A stretch of 64,000 bases of DNA from positions 28,026,001 to 28,090,000 of the forward strand of contig CM052828.1 in assembly GCA_028534125.1 (NCBI GenBank). Direction: 5' to 3'. The DNA comes from Lama glama (lineage: Eukaryota). Numbering within the stretch: the first letter of the stretch is position 1; every line of letters begins with the position of its first letter. Below are positions 43,421-57,072 of this stretch, piece after piece. The notes below the pieces were generated by a model, which was not told the origin of the DNA, made no database searches, and was given only the letters and a program-made list of their open reading frames with translations. Position numbers and translations under genes: made by a program.

Positions 43421-44269
43421 CTCTTTTCCCACCTAGGGTTATAAATATATATGCTGATCAAGCTCTTGTATAACTTTGGAGAACAGCCTTGAAACAAACA
43501 AACAAACAAACAAAACAGATTCGCTTTACTGTACAAGTCAATGTGCACTGAGATGTCCGCTATAGCTAAATACTAAAAACAGAGGGAAGTCACAGGGATA
43601 TGAGGAAGGCTGAGAGGAACAGCAATCCAAAAACCAAAGGCTCTAGGAATTTCTTCACTCTATCTCACTCAAATAAGAAATATCATAGTTTCATAAAACA
43701 TAAAAAAGAATATATAAAAATAAATGAGTTTACATTGGAAGATTTTATGTTAAGATTTGAATGCTATCCTTTCCAAAGCTTATAATAGAAACATGTGTTT
43801 TTCTCATTTTTAAGGCTTTCAATGAACTGAGTAGAATTATTCTTAACATTTTGTAACATTTAAACTTTTCTCAATTGAAATTGACTTATTTGATACTTTG
43901 AACATATTTTGTAATCTTATCATTTTTGTTAGAATATATAAGAAGAGAAGAGGCCAAGATGGTGGAGTAGTAGGATGTTCATAACTCACCCTCTCTCACA
44001 GCACAGCAGCACAGAGCCAAGGAGCAACTGGCGCCAGGAGATGGCGGGTGTCCCCCCAACTTTCTAGCAGGGAGGGGGTGTGATCTGCTTGCCAACAGGC
44101 ACTAGGGACAGTACAGACTAGGGTGCCAATGGAGGGACTCTGGAAACAGCAAGATGAGCTTGTGGAACAGGGTGAAGACAGAAAGACTTCTCATTAACAG
44201 AACACAGTCTCCAGGAGAACACCCCCTCCTCCTTTTTGTTTTTCTTTTTAACTTGTTTTTACCTGTTGT

Positions 44270-45290
44270 ATTCTCTATTACTTTATTAATTTTTACTTTT
44301 TAAACAATTATATATCCTCCCAGATTTAATCCCTTTAAATTTTTTTAAATAATATTATTTTTAAAAATCCACATCATGTCATTTTTATCTTTCTTGGTTT
44401 TGATCTCCTGTTATTGATTATACACAGGTTTCAAATCTATTTTTCCTCTTTTCTCCTATTATAAAGCTTTTTAAGAGATCTCTCAACCTGATTGCTATTC
44501 TGCTTCAACTTACTCTTCAATTATTCATTATACACTGTTTTCAAAGCTTTTTTCCATCTTCTTTACAAAATTCTCTCTTTATCATATCTTTTTTATCTGT
44601 TATGTTTTTATTACCTTTTTAATTTCAATTTTCTAAACAACTGTATATGCTTCTAGTTTTAATTCCTTTTAAATTTTTCTCTTAAAGTAGTTAATTATTT
44701 ATTGAAAAATCCACCTGATTACATTTTCACTTCTTTTGGGTTTTATCTCCAATTATTGATTATAAATAGATTTCAAATATCATTTTTTGGTCATTTTTCC
44801 TCTTTTTTTATGGGTTTTTAAAAAGAGTTGTCAACTGGAATGCCAGTCTGATTCAAATTGCTCTTCTATAATTGACTATACACTGTTTTCAATCATTTTT
44901 CTCCTCCTTTCTCTTAAAATTTTCCCTTTATTTTATCTTTTTTCTCTGTTCTATTTTCTATTACCTTTTTAATTTCTACTTTCTAAAAAATTGTATATGC
45001 TTTTAGCTATAGTTCTTTTAAATTTTTCTTTTAAAGTAGTTAAATATTTATTATTTTTTGAATCCACCTTATTTCATTTTCATTTCTTTTGGTTTTAATC
45101 TCCTGTTATTAGTTATAAATAGGTTTCAAATATCATTTTATGATCCTTTTTCCTTTTCTTTTTTACTTTTTTTTAAAAAAGACATCTCAACTTGAATGCT
45201 AATCTGACTCAAATTGCACTTGTATAATTGATTATACACTGTTTTCAAAGCTTTTTTTCTCCCTTCTATTAAAATTCTCTCTCTCCCCTT
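44270..45290 (+). repeat. Three diverged tandem ~350-bp T-rich units in the L1 5'UTR
   Basis: Anchor tacactgttttcaa at 44531, 44879 and 45235; aatccac and tttcaaat also recur in phase. Confidence 0.9.
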
Positions 45291-45402
45291 TTTTATTTTT
45301 TAAATTTTATTCCTACATAGGCATTAGATATATAAATAAATAAACTTCATTAAGGGCCAAAATAAATAACTGATACTCTATAAACCACAGTGCCAGAGAG
45401 GT

Positions 45403-46306
45403 ATGAGCAAAATGAAGAAGCAGAGAAACCATTCCCAATTAAAAGAACAAAAGAAATCCCCTGAAAGAACATCAATGAAATAGACATTGATAGCCTACTA
45501 GATAAAGATTTCAAAAAAAAAAAAAGTGACCAAAGTGCTGAAGGAACTGAAAGAGATAGTGTTTAGAGAGATAAAATGTGTCAAAAATGAAATTAAAGCT
45601 ATAAAGAAAAGCCAAGTAGAATGGGTAAACTCACTGACTGAGATGAGGAATGATCTAAAAGCTGTGCAAAACTGACTAGATAATGCAGAGGAATGAATTG
45701 GTGACCTAGAAGACAGGACAATAGAAAGCACCCAATCAGAAAAGCTACAAGAGAAACAAATGAAAATAGCATAAGGGGCCTATGGGATAATATAAAGCGT
45801 CCCAATCTTCGCATAATAGGGGTGTCAGAAGGGGAAGAAAGAGCAAAGGGGATTGAAAAGGTTTTTAAAGAAATCATGATTGAAAACTTCCCAAACATAA
45901 AGACAGAAACAGATATCCAAGTACAGGAAGCTCAGAGGGTCCCAAACAGGAAGAACCCAAATAGACCCACACCAAGACAATCATAATCAAGATAGCCAGA
46001 GTCAAGGATAAAGAAATGATTCTAAAGGAAGCAAGAGAAAAGCAAAGAGTGAATTACAAGGGAACCCCCATAAGGCTTTCAGCTGATTTGTCTATGCAAA
46101 CACTACAGGCCTGAAGGGAGTGGCAAGATATATTCAAAGTTCTGAATGAAAAAAAAAAAAGATGTAGCCTCGGATACTTTATCCAGCAAAGCTATCCTTT
46201 CAGATAGAAGGAGATAAAGAATTTCACAGACAAAAAAAAAAAAATACTACAAGAGTTTAGCAATACTAAACCCATAATAAAAGAAATATTGAAAGGTCTG
46301 CTATAA
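45403..46306 (+). pseudogene. L1 ORF1p, disrupted
   Basis: atgagcaaaatgaagaagcag start; ENFPN and QEAQRVP motifs; frameshifts at A runs and internal stops. Confidence 0.93.
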
Positions 46307-46681
46307 ACAGAAAAGCAGCATGATGCTACAGAAATGAGAAAATCATAACTGGAAAGGTGATAACTCATGAGTTATAAATAAAATAAACACTAAATCATAA
46401 AAAACACAATGAAATTATTAAGTATGGGAGAGGTAAGCAAGAAAACATACAGTATTGTTTTTGTTTCTGTTTTAATTTTTTTGTTTTCAGTAGGATGGGT
46501 TCAATATATAGTAATGGGCTAATAGGCATACATAAAAGGGTAACCACATGCCAAAAACTTACAAGGGAATCACAAAAACTAAATAAAATCCATGATAATA
46601 CAAAGGAAAATTACCAAAAGACAAAAGGAAGAAGAAAGGAACAAAGAGGAAATACCAAATCAAATGCAAAACAGGTTCAAA

Positions 46682-49600
46682 ATGTCAATAAACACACATC
46701 TATCATAATTATTGTAAATGCTAATGAACCAAATGCTCCAGTCAAAAGATATAGAGTGGCAGACTGGATTATAAAGCAAGAACTTACAATATGCTGCATA
46801 TAAGAGACCCACTTTAGGGAGAAGGACACATATAGATTGAGAGTGAAAGGATGGAAAAGGATATTCCATGCAAATGGAAAAGCCAAAAAAGCAGGTGTTG
46901 CAGTACTGATTTCAGACAAAATAGACTTTTAATCAAAGGCTATAAAGATAAAGAACGATATTTTATAATTATTAAAGGAGTGATACAAGATGAGGATATT
47001 GCACTCATTAATATATATGCACCCAATATAGGAGCAACTAAATACATAAAACAATTACTAACAGAGTTAAAGGGGATATTGATGGGAACACAATCATAGC
47101 TGGAGAATTTAACATCACATTAACATCAGTAGACAGATCTTCCAGACAGAAAATAAATAAGGCAACCGAGAAATTAAACAATACAATAGAAAAATTAGAT
47201 TTGATGGATATTTTCAGAGTATTATCCCCCTGAAAATAGGATATATATTCTTTTCAAGGCCACATGGAATATTTTCTAGGATCGATCATGTACTTGGGCA
47301 CAAAAGAAACCTCAACAATTTTAAGAAGATAGAAATTATCTCAAGCATCTTTACTGACCACAATGCAATGAAACTAGAAATCAACAACAGAGAAACAAAG
47401 GAGAAAAAATGGAAAGCATGGAGTTTAAACAACATGCTATTAAAAAACCAATGGGTCAATGAGGAAATCAAAGCTGAAATTAAAAAATACCTTGAGACAA
47501 ATGAAAATGAAAGCACAATGAGACAAAATTTATGGGACACAGCAAAGGTAGTGCTAAGAGGGAAGTATATAGATATACAGGCCTTCCTCAAAAAAGAAGA
47601 ACAATCTCAAATAAACAATTTAACCCAAAGGCTGAAACAACTAGAAAAAGAAGAACAAAAAAACACAAAAGGCAGCAGAAGGAAGACAATTATAAAGATT
47701 AGTGGGGAAATAAATAAAATAGAATTTTAAAAAACCATAGAAAAATTAATCAAACCAAAAGCTGTTTTTTTGAAAAAGTAAATAAAATCGACAAACCTCT
47801 GGCCAAACTCAAAAAGAAGAAAAAAGACAGAGCACAAATTTGAAAACTAAGAAAGGAAAATAGAGAAATTACAACAATTAAAATAGAAATACAGAATATC
47901 ATATGAGACTATTATGAAAAACTATATGGAATCAAACTGGACAACCTAGAGGAGATGGACAGTTTTGGGAAACATACAGTCCACCAAGACTGAATCAAGA
48001 AGAAACTGACCACTTGAACAAACTGACCACTAGAAATTAAATTGAAATAGCAATAAAAAACTTCCCTACAAATAAAAGTCCAGGGCCAGATGGCTTCACT
48101 GGGTAATTCTACCAAACATACTAAAGGAACTCATACCAGTCTTTCTCAAATTCTCCCAGAATATTGGAAAGGAGGAAATACTCCCAAACTCATTCTATGA
48201 AGCCACCAACACCCTGATACCAAAACCAGGCAAAGACACCACCAAAAAAGAGAATTATAGGCCAATAGCACTGATGAACATAGACACCATAATCCTCATC
48301 AAAATATTAGCAAATAGAATCCAACAACACATAAAAAAGATTATATATCATGACCAAGAAGGGTTCATCCCAGGGACACAAGGGTGGTTCAACATATGCA
48401 AATAAATCAATGTAGTACATCACATCAACAAGAGAAAGGCCAAAAACCACATGATCATCTCAATCGATGCAGAAAAATCATTTGATAAAATTCAACACCC
48501 ATTTATGATAAAAACTTTTGCCAAGGTGCGTATAGAGGGAACATGTCTCAACATCGTAAAAGCTATACATGACAAACCTACAGCCAGCATAGTTCTCAAC
48601 GGTGAAAAACTCAAAAGCTTCCCACTAAAAGCTGGGACAAGACAAGGATGCCCACTATCACCACTCCTATTCAACATAATCTTGGAAGTCATAGCCACAG
48701 CAATCAAGCAAGAGAAATAAAAGGGATCCAAGTTGGAAAAGAAGAGGTCAAAGTGTCACTATATGCCAACCACATGTTACTATATATAGAAAACCCTAAA
48801 AGGTCCATTCAAAAACTACTAGAGCTGATCAAAGAATTCAGCTAGGTAGCAGGTTACAAATTTAACATTCAAAAATTACTTGCTTTTTTTTTTAACACTA
48901 ATGAGGAATCAATAGAAAAAGAAAGTAGAGAAACAATCCTTTTTAAAATAGCACCCAAATTAATAAAGTGCCTATGAATAAATCTAACCAAGGAGGTGAA
49001 AGAATTATACATAGAAAACTATAAGTCATTGATGAAGGAAATTAAAGAAGAGTTTAAAAAATGGAAAGATATTCCATTCTCTTGGATTGGAAGAATCAAT
49101 ATTATTAAAATGTTCACACTGCCCAAGGCAATCTACAGATTTAATGCAATCCCTGTCAAATTACCCAGGACATACTTTACAGAACTAGAGCAAATCATAA
49201 CAAAATTTATGTGGAATCATCAAAGACCTAGAATTGCCAAAGTATTATTGAAGAAAAAGAAGGAGGCTGGAAGAATAACTCTCCCAGACTTTAGACAATA
49301 GTACAGAGATACAGTCATCAAGACAGCATGGTACTGGTACAAAAACAGACATATAGACCAATGGAACAGAAAAGAGAGCCCAGAAATGAACCTACAAACT
49401 TTTGTCAACTAATCTTTGACAAAGGAGGCAAGAGTATACAATGGAATCAAGACAGTCTCTTCAGCAAAGGGTGTTGGGAAAACTGGGCAGCATCATGTAA
49501 ATCAATAAAGCTAGAACAATCCCTTACACCATACACAAAAACCAACTCAAAATTGATCAATGTCTTAAACATAAGATAAGATACAATAAACCTTGAAGAA

Positions 49601-50470
49601 AATATAGGCAAAACAGTATCTGACATACATCTCAAAAATGTTCTCCTAGAACAGTCTACTCAAGCAATAGAAATAAAAGCAAGAAAAAACCAATGGGATC
49701 TAATGAAACTTAGAAACTTCTGCACAGTAAAGGAAACCATTGGTAAAACAAAAAGACAACCTACAGAATGGGAGAAAATTTTTGCAAATGAAACTGACAA
49801 AGGCTTGATCTCCAGAATATATAAGCAGCTCATAAGACTTAAAAAGAAACAACCAAACAACCCAATCCAAAAATGGGCAAAACACTTAAACAAGAAATTC
49901 TCCAAGGAAGACATAGAAATGATCAATAGGCACATGGAAAAATGCTCAATATTGCTAATTATTGTAGAATTCAAATCAAAACTACAATGAGGTATCACCT
50001 CACACCAGTCAGAATGACCATCTTTCAAAAATCCGTAAACCACAAATACTGGAGAGGCTGTGGAGAAAGGGGAAACCTCCTTCACTGTGGTGGGAATGCA
50101 GTTTTGTGCAGCCACTGTGGAAAACAGTATGGAGATTCCTCAAAAAACTAGGAATAGATATATCTTATGACCCAGGAGTCCTGCTCCTGGCCTTATATCC
50201 AGAAGGAACCCTACTTAAAAATGACACTTGTACCCCAATGTTCATAGCAGAACTATTTACAATATCCAAGGCATGGGAACAGCCTATTGTCCATCAACAG
50301 ATGACTGGATAAAGAAGAGGTGGTATATTTATAGAATGGAATACTACCCATCCATAAAAATTACAACTTAATGCCACTTACAGCAACATGGATGCTCTTA
50401 GATAATGTCATTCTAAGTGAAGTAAGCCAGCAAGAGAAAGAAAAAAATATCATATGTGATCGCTTATATG
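46682..50470 (+). pseudogene. L1 ORF2p, disrupted; RT YADD motif mutated to YANH
   Basis: ORFs 46851.., 47368.., 48451.. ([31 protein letters not shown]), 48648.. ([10 protein letters not shown]), 48996.., 49703.. Confidence 0.95.
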
Positions 50471-52969
50471 TGGAATGTAAAAAATAACAAAAAACAAAAA
50501 AACAATACAAAACATAAACACAAAACAGAAACAGATTCATAGACATAGAATACAAACTTGTGGTTGCCAAGGAGGTGGGGTGTTGGAAGGGACAGACTGG
50601 GATTTCAAAATTGTAGAATAGATAAACAAGATTATACTGTATAGCACAGGGAAACATATAGGAGATCTTGTGATAGCTCACAGTGAACAATTATGTGACA
50701 ATGAATATGTGTATGTTCATGTATAACTGAAAAATATGCTCTACATTGGAATTTGACACAACATTGTAAAATGGCTATAACTCATTAAAAATGCTTAAAA
50801 AAGGATAATTGTAGTAAGCAAATGAATATTTATTTTACCAAATTTACTTTGACATTAGTATATCAAATTTAATGCATTTATGTATTAGTTTACTAATAGC
50901 AACTGAGGCCCCTGAATTAATTGAGTATGAAATGTAAATGATTCATTGTATTTTAGGAAATGGAAAAAATCTGGATCATTAAGCACCTAAACATTCATAA
51001 TGGAGTGATATATATCATTGCATAGAAAAATTTTAAGTCTATAGATTTGTTTCAGTTGTTTAAATTTCCATCTTTTTAGCAATTAAAATTTCTGCAGATA
51101 TTCTTCTTTTTATATCTTACAATATTCTCCTAGGCAAAGGCAGGGAATGGTAATAATGTAGTTAGTAACTGCTTTGTCCTAAAAGTTCTTGAAAATCTGG
51201 CAAAAGTGATGAAATCTATATATTCCTTATGTAAGAATTTTGTTAATATTTGTCTATTTTTCCAACAAATAGAATGTTATAACTGCAAGCCATTTACACC
51301 ACCAGTCTTGATGGAAAAAAATCGGAGTGAATAAGTAATTTCTAAATGGATAAGAGGGGTGTAAAACTACTTTTCCAAAGATACAATTTCCTCAAAATTT
51401 TGAAAAGTATGCTTGAGAATAGAAATATTTGATGAGAGCAATTGTTAAACTGGAGTTCTTTAGGGTTTGATTTATGATAAAATTGGGAAGAAAAGACATA
51501 CATCTAATCAGAATTATTGCTTTGATTGTGAATTATATGTTTTTAATGTTCTTTGACAGATATGAATTAAGAATGGAATTATATTTTAATTATCCTTGAA
51601 TTGTGAACTGTATGAAATGTTCAGATGCTGAGGGCTGAGGTTTGTCAATGAATTTTTAAGTATCTAGTAGATTGCCATGGTGAAGAACAAACTTTAATAT
51701 CTTGCATTTCATATATATCTAACAATTCAAGCATCATTTCATATGTTAGTGAACCCTGGTTTCACTTTTCAAATTTACCTTAAAAAAAGGGTTTCATTCA
51801 ACAACATTAAACTTTATCCCTAATAGCTTTCAACAAATTTCTTTTTTTTAGAAAATTGCACACGTGTTTTGTGAAAATTTGTTTTAAGGGATGACCTGAA
51901 AATTAAGAAATGTTGTTAGAGAATTTGCCTGGCTTTTAAATGAGGCAATGCCTTCCCTGAATGTATTTATTATCAATGCATTTCAATTGTGAGAGAGGCA
52001 CAACAATTTGGAATACATAAGCATCTGGATAGAAATATGAAGATGACTTGACCTTGCAGATGATGGGTTATTTGCCATTGCTCTTGGGTATTATTCTATC
52101 TGCTATGGGTAAACAGCATGATAATGCCAACAGGGGGAGCTACAGACAGAAGACAAATGAAGCCTATTTTGTTTAGGACTATAATTTAGCTCAACTGACA
52201 ATATTTTATACCTTAATAGCCCCTTAGAGTGAATTTAATTGGTGACCCAACTTAGATATTATCTTAGAGTATCTTTGTACTAGATTCGGATGCAAGCTGG
52301 GTGCTTAAACTTGCTTCCATGTTGTTAATAGAGCCACTGCCATCTGGAGAAGATGATTCTGATATGTTACTGGAATTTTTTCTTTCTATTGTTACTACTT
52401 CTGTGAAGAACTCAAAAGTTTCTGATAAGCCAAGAGAAGAGGAAAAAAACTAATGCTTTTCTCAATGAGATTTAAAAAGGTTTAGTGAATTAACAAAGAT
52501 TACTAACACTTTAAATGTGCTTTTAGCTTTATTTTCAGTTAGGTGAGGTAAAAATAAAGTTTATATTGGATGAATTAATCCTTTTAGTATTGAGGCTATC
52601 TATTACACAATTATATACACAAATTCCAAACAATAATTTGGAAAATAATACATTTATAATAAGGAAACTGCAACTGAGCAATCTTGCTTAATAGCATAGA
52701 TCTCAAAGCTAATGGTGGATAAAGAAATCAGATTCTTATGATTAAGAATGGTCAGAAAATCACTAGTCATTTTTAATTAAAATAATCTTGTTTCTGATAC
52801 AACAAAGAATGGGAACAAAAGCTAGGACTAATGAATTTTATCTACTTATGCACATACCAAAGAATTTGAGCATTTTGTATAGTGACAATACACAGCAATA
52901 CTAATTATTGTGCTGCAATCCCCCAGGTCAAGTTTACTATAAGATCACAGTTCTTTTTCTGATGTGATA

Positions 52970-53160
52970 ACCACTCATTCATTTATTCACCAAGAATTAT
53001 ATGTTCTATGTGTTAAGCATTAAATTATGTGCAAGAAAAATAATACTCAGACAAGTCATCTACCTTCAAATTGTGTATAGCTTAGTAGGAAGAGATGGTT
53101 GTTTAAATATATGACTGCAGTATTACAGATGCTAAGTTAGAAATATGCAGAATATATACA
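52970..53160 (-). mobile_element. LINE-2 3' fragment
   Basis: cactcattcatttattcacc head; gacaagtcatctaccttcaaa...tagcttagtaggaagag. Confidence 0.6.
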
Positions 53161-53444
53161 GGAAGCAGTTGTAATGTGTGCTTGTCAATTGGGAGCCATC
53201 TAAAATCTATTCTGTAAAAGACATATTAGGCACATATTAATTCGAGGCTTTGTGATTGCTGTTTAAAAACAAAAAAAAAAAATACATGCCCATTAGGAGC
53301 TCACACATTAATGGAGTCACAATATCTTAGCACATTTCCAAGTCTTTGTTAATCATCTCTTTTGGATGGTCTACTAACATCTTTAGGTCAATACTTAACC
53401 AAACTAAACTTGTTTTTCTTTCTATTTTCTTACACGTGTGTCCA

Positions 53445-54086
53445 TGTTGCTGGTGAATACATTTTTATATTATTACAGAAAGAATTCAGATACAAGACAG
53501 GAAAGTTAAAAAATTAAAGTGGGGATTTTTTAACGGGTAGAGAGTACACTCTCAAGAGGAGAGCAGACAGGCTTAGGCGAGCAGCTGCCCTGAATTTCAC
53601 TGGCAAGTTGGCTACATAGAGAGTAAAGATTAATGGGCAAAATATTCATTGAGGGGGGAGGAATTGGGTGATATTCCCAGGTTTTCATTCCAACTCCAAC
53701 TCCCCAAAGGGAGGAGAGATTTTTGTTCTTATTTAGTCTGGATTGAAAGTGTCATGAAATTGGGACATGATGGGTACTTTTAACACACAAGGCTAATTTT
53801 ATTGAAATGTGGGCATAATGAGCAAAAGGTTACATTCAGACATGGAGATTTCTGCCTTTTCCCACCTATCTTTTGTCAGCCTTCAGGCCACTTGTCACCC
53901 CAAAATGTGTGGCTGCTTAACAGCCCAGAGATTCCTGCTTTTCTTTCTCTGCCCAGGGACCTCTGTTGTTTACATGATGTATAATTTCCTGTATTTGACC
54001 CATGACCCTCCCTTTTTCCCAATTCCAGCCATTTAGACTTCATTCTCATTTTTCTTCTCATATCTAGCTACCTGCCTGCTCTAACA
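53445..54086 (-). mobile_element. Solo LTR, class I ERV family
   Basis: TGTT...AACA termini; rc begins tgttagagcaggcaggtagctagatatgag and is homologous to 54777-55419; flanks tgtcca / tctcca. Confidence 0.9.
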
Positions 54087-54489
54087 TCTCCATCATTTTT
54101 TATTCTTCAAGGCATGAAGACGCAAAATTATTTTCTTCTTCTCACTTATTTGTCAAATGCATCTATTCCATGACTTTCTATCTTTGTTATAACTAAACAG
54201 TTCAGGTATTTTGTCATACTACCTAAATTTATCAACATCTCTAGTCTTTTTTCATTTCCATTCTAATTTATATTAAAAGCACTTTTGAATGAATTATAAG
54301 AAACACTGTTCTTTATTCTCTCCCACTCTCAAATAATGTTAATCGTTTCCAAATATATTTAGAAAAAAAATCTTAATCTGTTTTTTGGGAAACCCTATAA
54401 TGATAATGCATTCCTAGTCTACTTTTTCCAATGTTCCTCATTATTACTTAGTATTTTTAGGTATTTCATTTAAAGAGATTTATACAAGA

Positions 54490-54622
54490 ATGTATTGTAC
54501 AGCAGGGGGAATATAGCTGATATTTTTTAAAAACTAAATGGAGTGTAACCTTTAAACATTGTAAATGAGTAAGTAAATAAGTAAATAAATAAATAATAAG
54601 TAAATAAATAAATAAGTAAATA
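54490..54622 (+). mobile_element. Short L1 3'UTR fragment with (TAAA)n tail
   Basis: attgtacagcagggggaatatagc...aaatggagtgtaacctttaaa, then (taaa/taag)n. Confidence 0.7.
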
Positions 54623-54776
54623 GAATTATATAGTATTTCCTCTACTTACTGTGCAGTTTCCTGACTTTCAGCTTTTTTCCTTGTAATTTCTATTGCAATA
54701 TATTTCTCCATGCAGAAATCAGATTTTTCTTTGTTAGATCAAAAATGTTTTTGCGTCTCTGAGACTTTTCTCAATA

Positions 54777-55419
54777 TGTTGGATCAGGCAGATAGCTAGA
54801 TATGAGCAAAGAAAGGGGATTGCAGGCTAAATGGCAGGATTTGGGCAGAAACGAGAGACACAAGCTAAATGCAGGAAACCATAAATCATGTAAGCACCAG
54901 GGATCCCTGGGAAGAAAAAGAAAAGTAGGAACCTATGGGTAGATAATTGGTCACAAATTTTGGGGTGATGAGCAGCCTGGATGAAAGTTAGGAAAGGTAG
55001 GAATTACCAGTATCTGAATGTAACTTTTGCTTATTATGCCCACATTTCAATAAAATTAGCCTTACATATTAGAGGTACCTATCATGCACCAATGCCATGA
55101 CACTTTTGATCCAGACTAAATAAGGACAAAAATCACTCCTTCCTTTTGGGAGGTGGAGTTGAGATCAAAATCAAGGAATATGACCCCAAATCCTTCCCTT
55201 TCTAATGAATATTCTACCCATTCATTTTTACACTTTATGTAACTAACTTGCCAAAGAAACCTAGGGTAGCTACTCGTCTGAGCCTGCCCACTGTCCACTT
55301 GAGAGTGTACTATCTATCCCTTAATAAATCCTCACTTTACTTTCTTAACCTTTGCATCTTGTCTCTGAATTCTTTCTGGGACAGGGCAAGCGCCTAGAAA
55401 CTGATAATATCTACCAACA
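54777..55419 (+). mobile_element. 5' LTR of a class I ERV
   Basis: tgttggatcaggcagatagctagatatgag...ctaccaaca; aataaa poly(A) signal at ~55323; followed by retroviral leader. Confidence 0.9.
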
Positions 55420-56820
55420 TCTTTGTCCCCACAGTCAGGATATCAGGTTTGGAAAGCCAAAGCCTCTTGCCTCCCTTGAGCTTGAGAGGTGCTGGCTGAC
55501 TTTTTCTCTCTCTTTTATGCTTTCTTATCATCTGTCACTTTTTTTTTTTTTTACCTACTGCCATGAAAATGTGGGCAGGAGTCAAGCATGCACAGAGTTC
55601 AGTGCCTCTAGGGTGCTTACCACTGAAAAATTCTCTCCTGTGATGCTGAGTGGGTCATGGAATGGATTAGAGAGTTGATAGGTCTATCAACCACTGCAAG
55701 GCAATTTCCATGCAAGGTTCTCTAGGTACATAGTTAAAAACATGGCACTGCTGCCTCCCAGCAGCCACCCTTGTAGGCTTATTATTGGTCCACTTATGTC
55801 AAACTATTCTTGTCTCCTCTCCCTGCCTCTATCTCACTTCACTTTACTGTCTTTTTCTGTTGAAAGGGGTGGGGAAGGAAGAATTTACAGGCACTTCCCA
55901 AACTTTGCCACTAGAGTTTTCATTTCTCTTTGTTAGATATGCACAGGGCTTTGTTAGAAAAGTTCCCAGCCACTTTCACAGACAGCTAAGTTTGCAAACT
56001 ATAGGAAATTTACCCCATGAGTTTGAGAAATAAAGCGCAGCCTTAAATAGACGGTAAGAGTGCTCATGCAGTATCTGTGGCCCCTGTGGGTGTTCCCTTC
56101 TACCACAAGTGCTCTATGGACTGCACCCCCAGTGTTGGTAGGGGAACAGTTTTATGCCACACAATGGGATGGGGGTCATCATTCAACTCCTGCCACAGCA
56201 CAGGGTCCCAGAATATGGCTGACCCCTCCACAGTCTACCACAGGTCCAAGCTGTGCACCCACTCCTACCTCCACCTTGAACTCTTAAGGTGGGGAAGTGG
56301 CACCAGGGCTTTACACTTGGCTGTGCCCCACTGACACTGTGCTTTGTGCTTGCTGCCTGGGGCCTACCACAGGGCTAAAATAATTCTCATAGAGGTACCA
56401 GGACTTCTGCTCCCTCTCAGTACAGGCATAATGCCTCCACTTCATGCTGCCATACACCTTCTTCCCATAGCCAGCCCCATGCCCACTGGAGAGTATGCAT
56501 GTGGGGGAAGGAGGTGCTGAGGTCCAGGGGACATCTCCCACAAAAGAAAGAGCTTATCCCACACATCACCTAAACCTTCAGGAAGGTTGCTGCCCTGGGT
56601 GCCATGGACACAAGGACAGGACACAGGGAGCTCCCAGGACACTGTGACAAGCACAGTAGGCTGTCATGTTGAAGGGTTGCTACTCCAACATTGACCAGGG
56701 TCGGCAGAACTAGGTGGACAGGGGTGCCTCGAAAGAGTCCTGTCTTATGGGAGTCCCCAGTGGACCTCCTAAACTTAGTGCTTTTCTCTCTTGCAAGAGA
56801 ACTTTCTCCATGAAAGATCC

Positions 56821-57023
56821 ATGGAGAACCCTCCTCCATCCCCACGGAGTCACCCCACCTCTCTAGTGCATTCTGAATCACTGAGATAAGTTTTCTCTAG
56901 ATTCTTTAAAACAGAAAAGCTCATCTTCTTTTGTAATACAACCTGGCCCCAATATAAAATTGGGGACAATGAGATCCGACCAGAAAATAAAAACCTCAAC
57001 TATAATGCTATCCTACAGTTAGA

Positions 57024-57072
<49 letters not shown>

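Larger units (their letters stand above)
43945..50802 (+). mobile_element. Near full-length young LINE-1 (best preserved copy in the window), inactive
   Basis: 5' terminus ggccaagatggtggagtag; ORF1, ORF2 and 3'UTR in order; short A tail. Confidence 0.97.

Noticed and set aside
44270..45290. CRISPR-like or other prokaryotic array
   Set aside because: Mammalian context; whole units are homologous with no unique spacers.
43945..50802. Active, retrotransposition-competent L1
   Set aside because: Multiple stops and frameshifts in both ORFs, YADD lost, 5'UTR apparently deleted.
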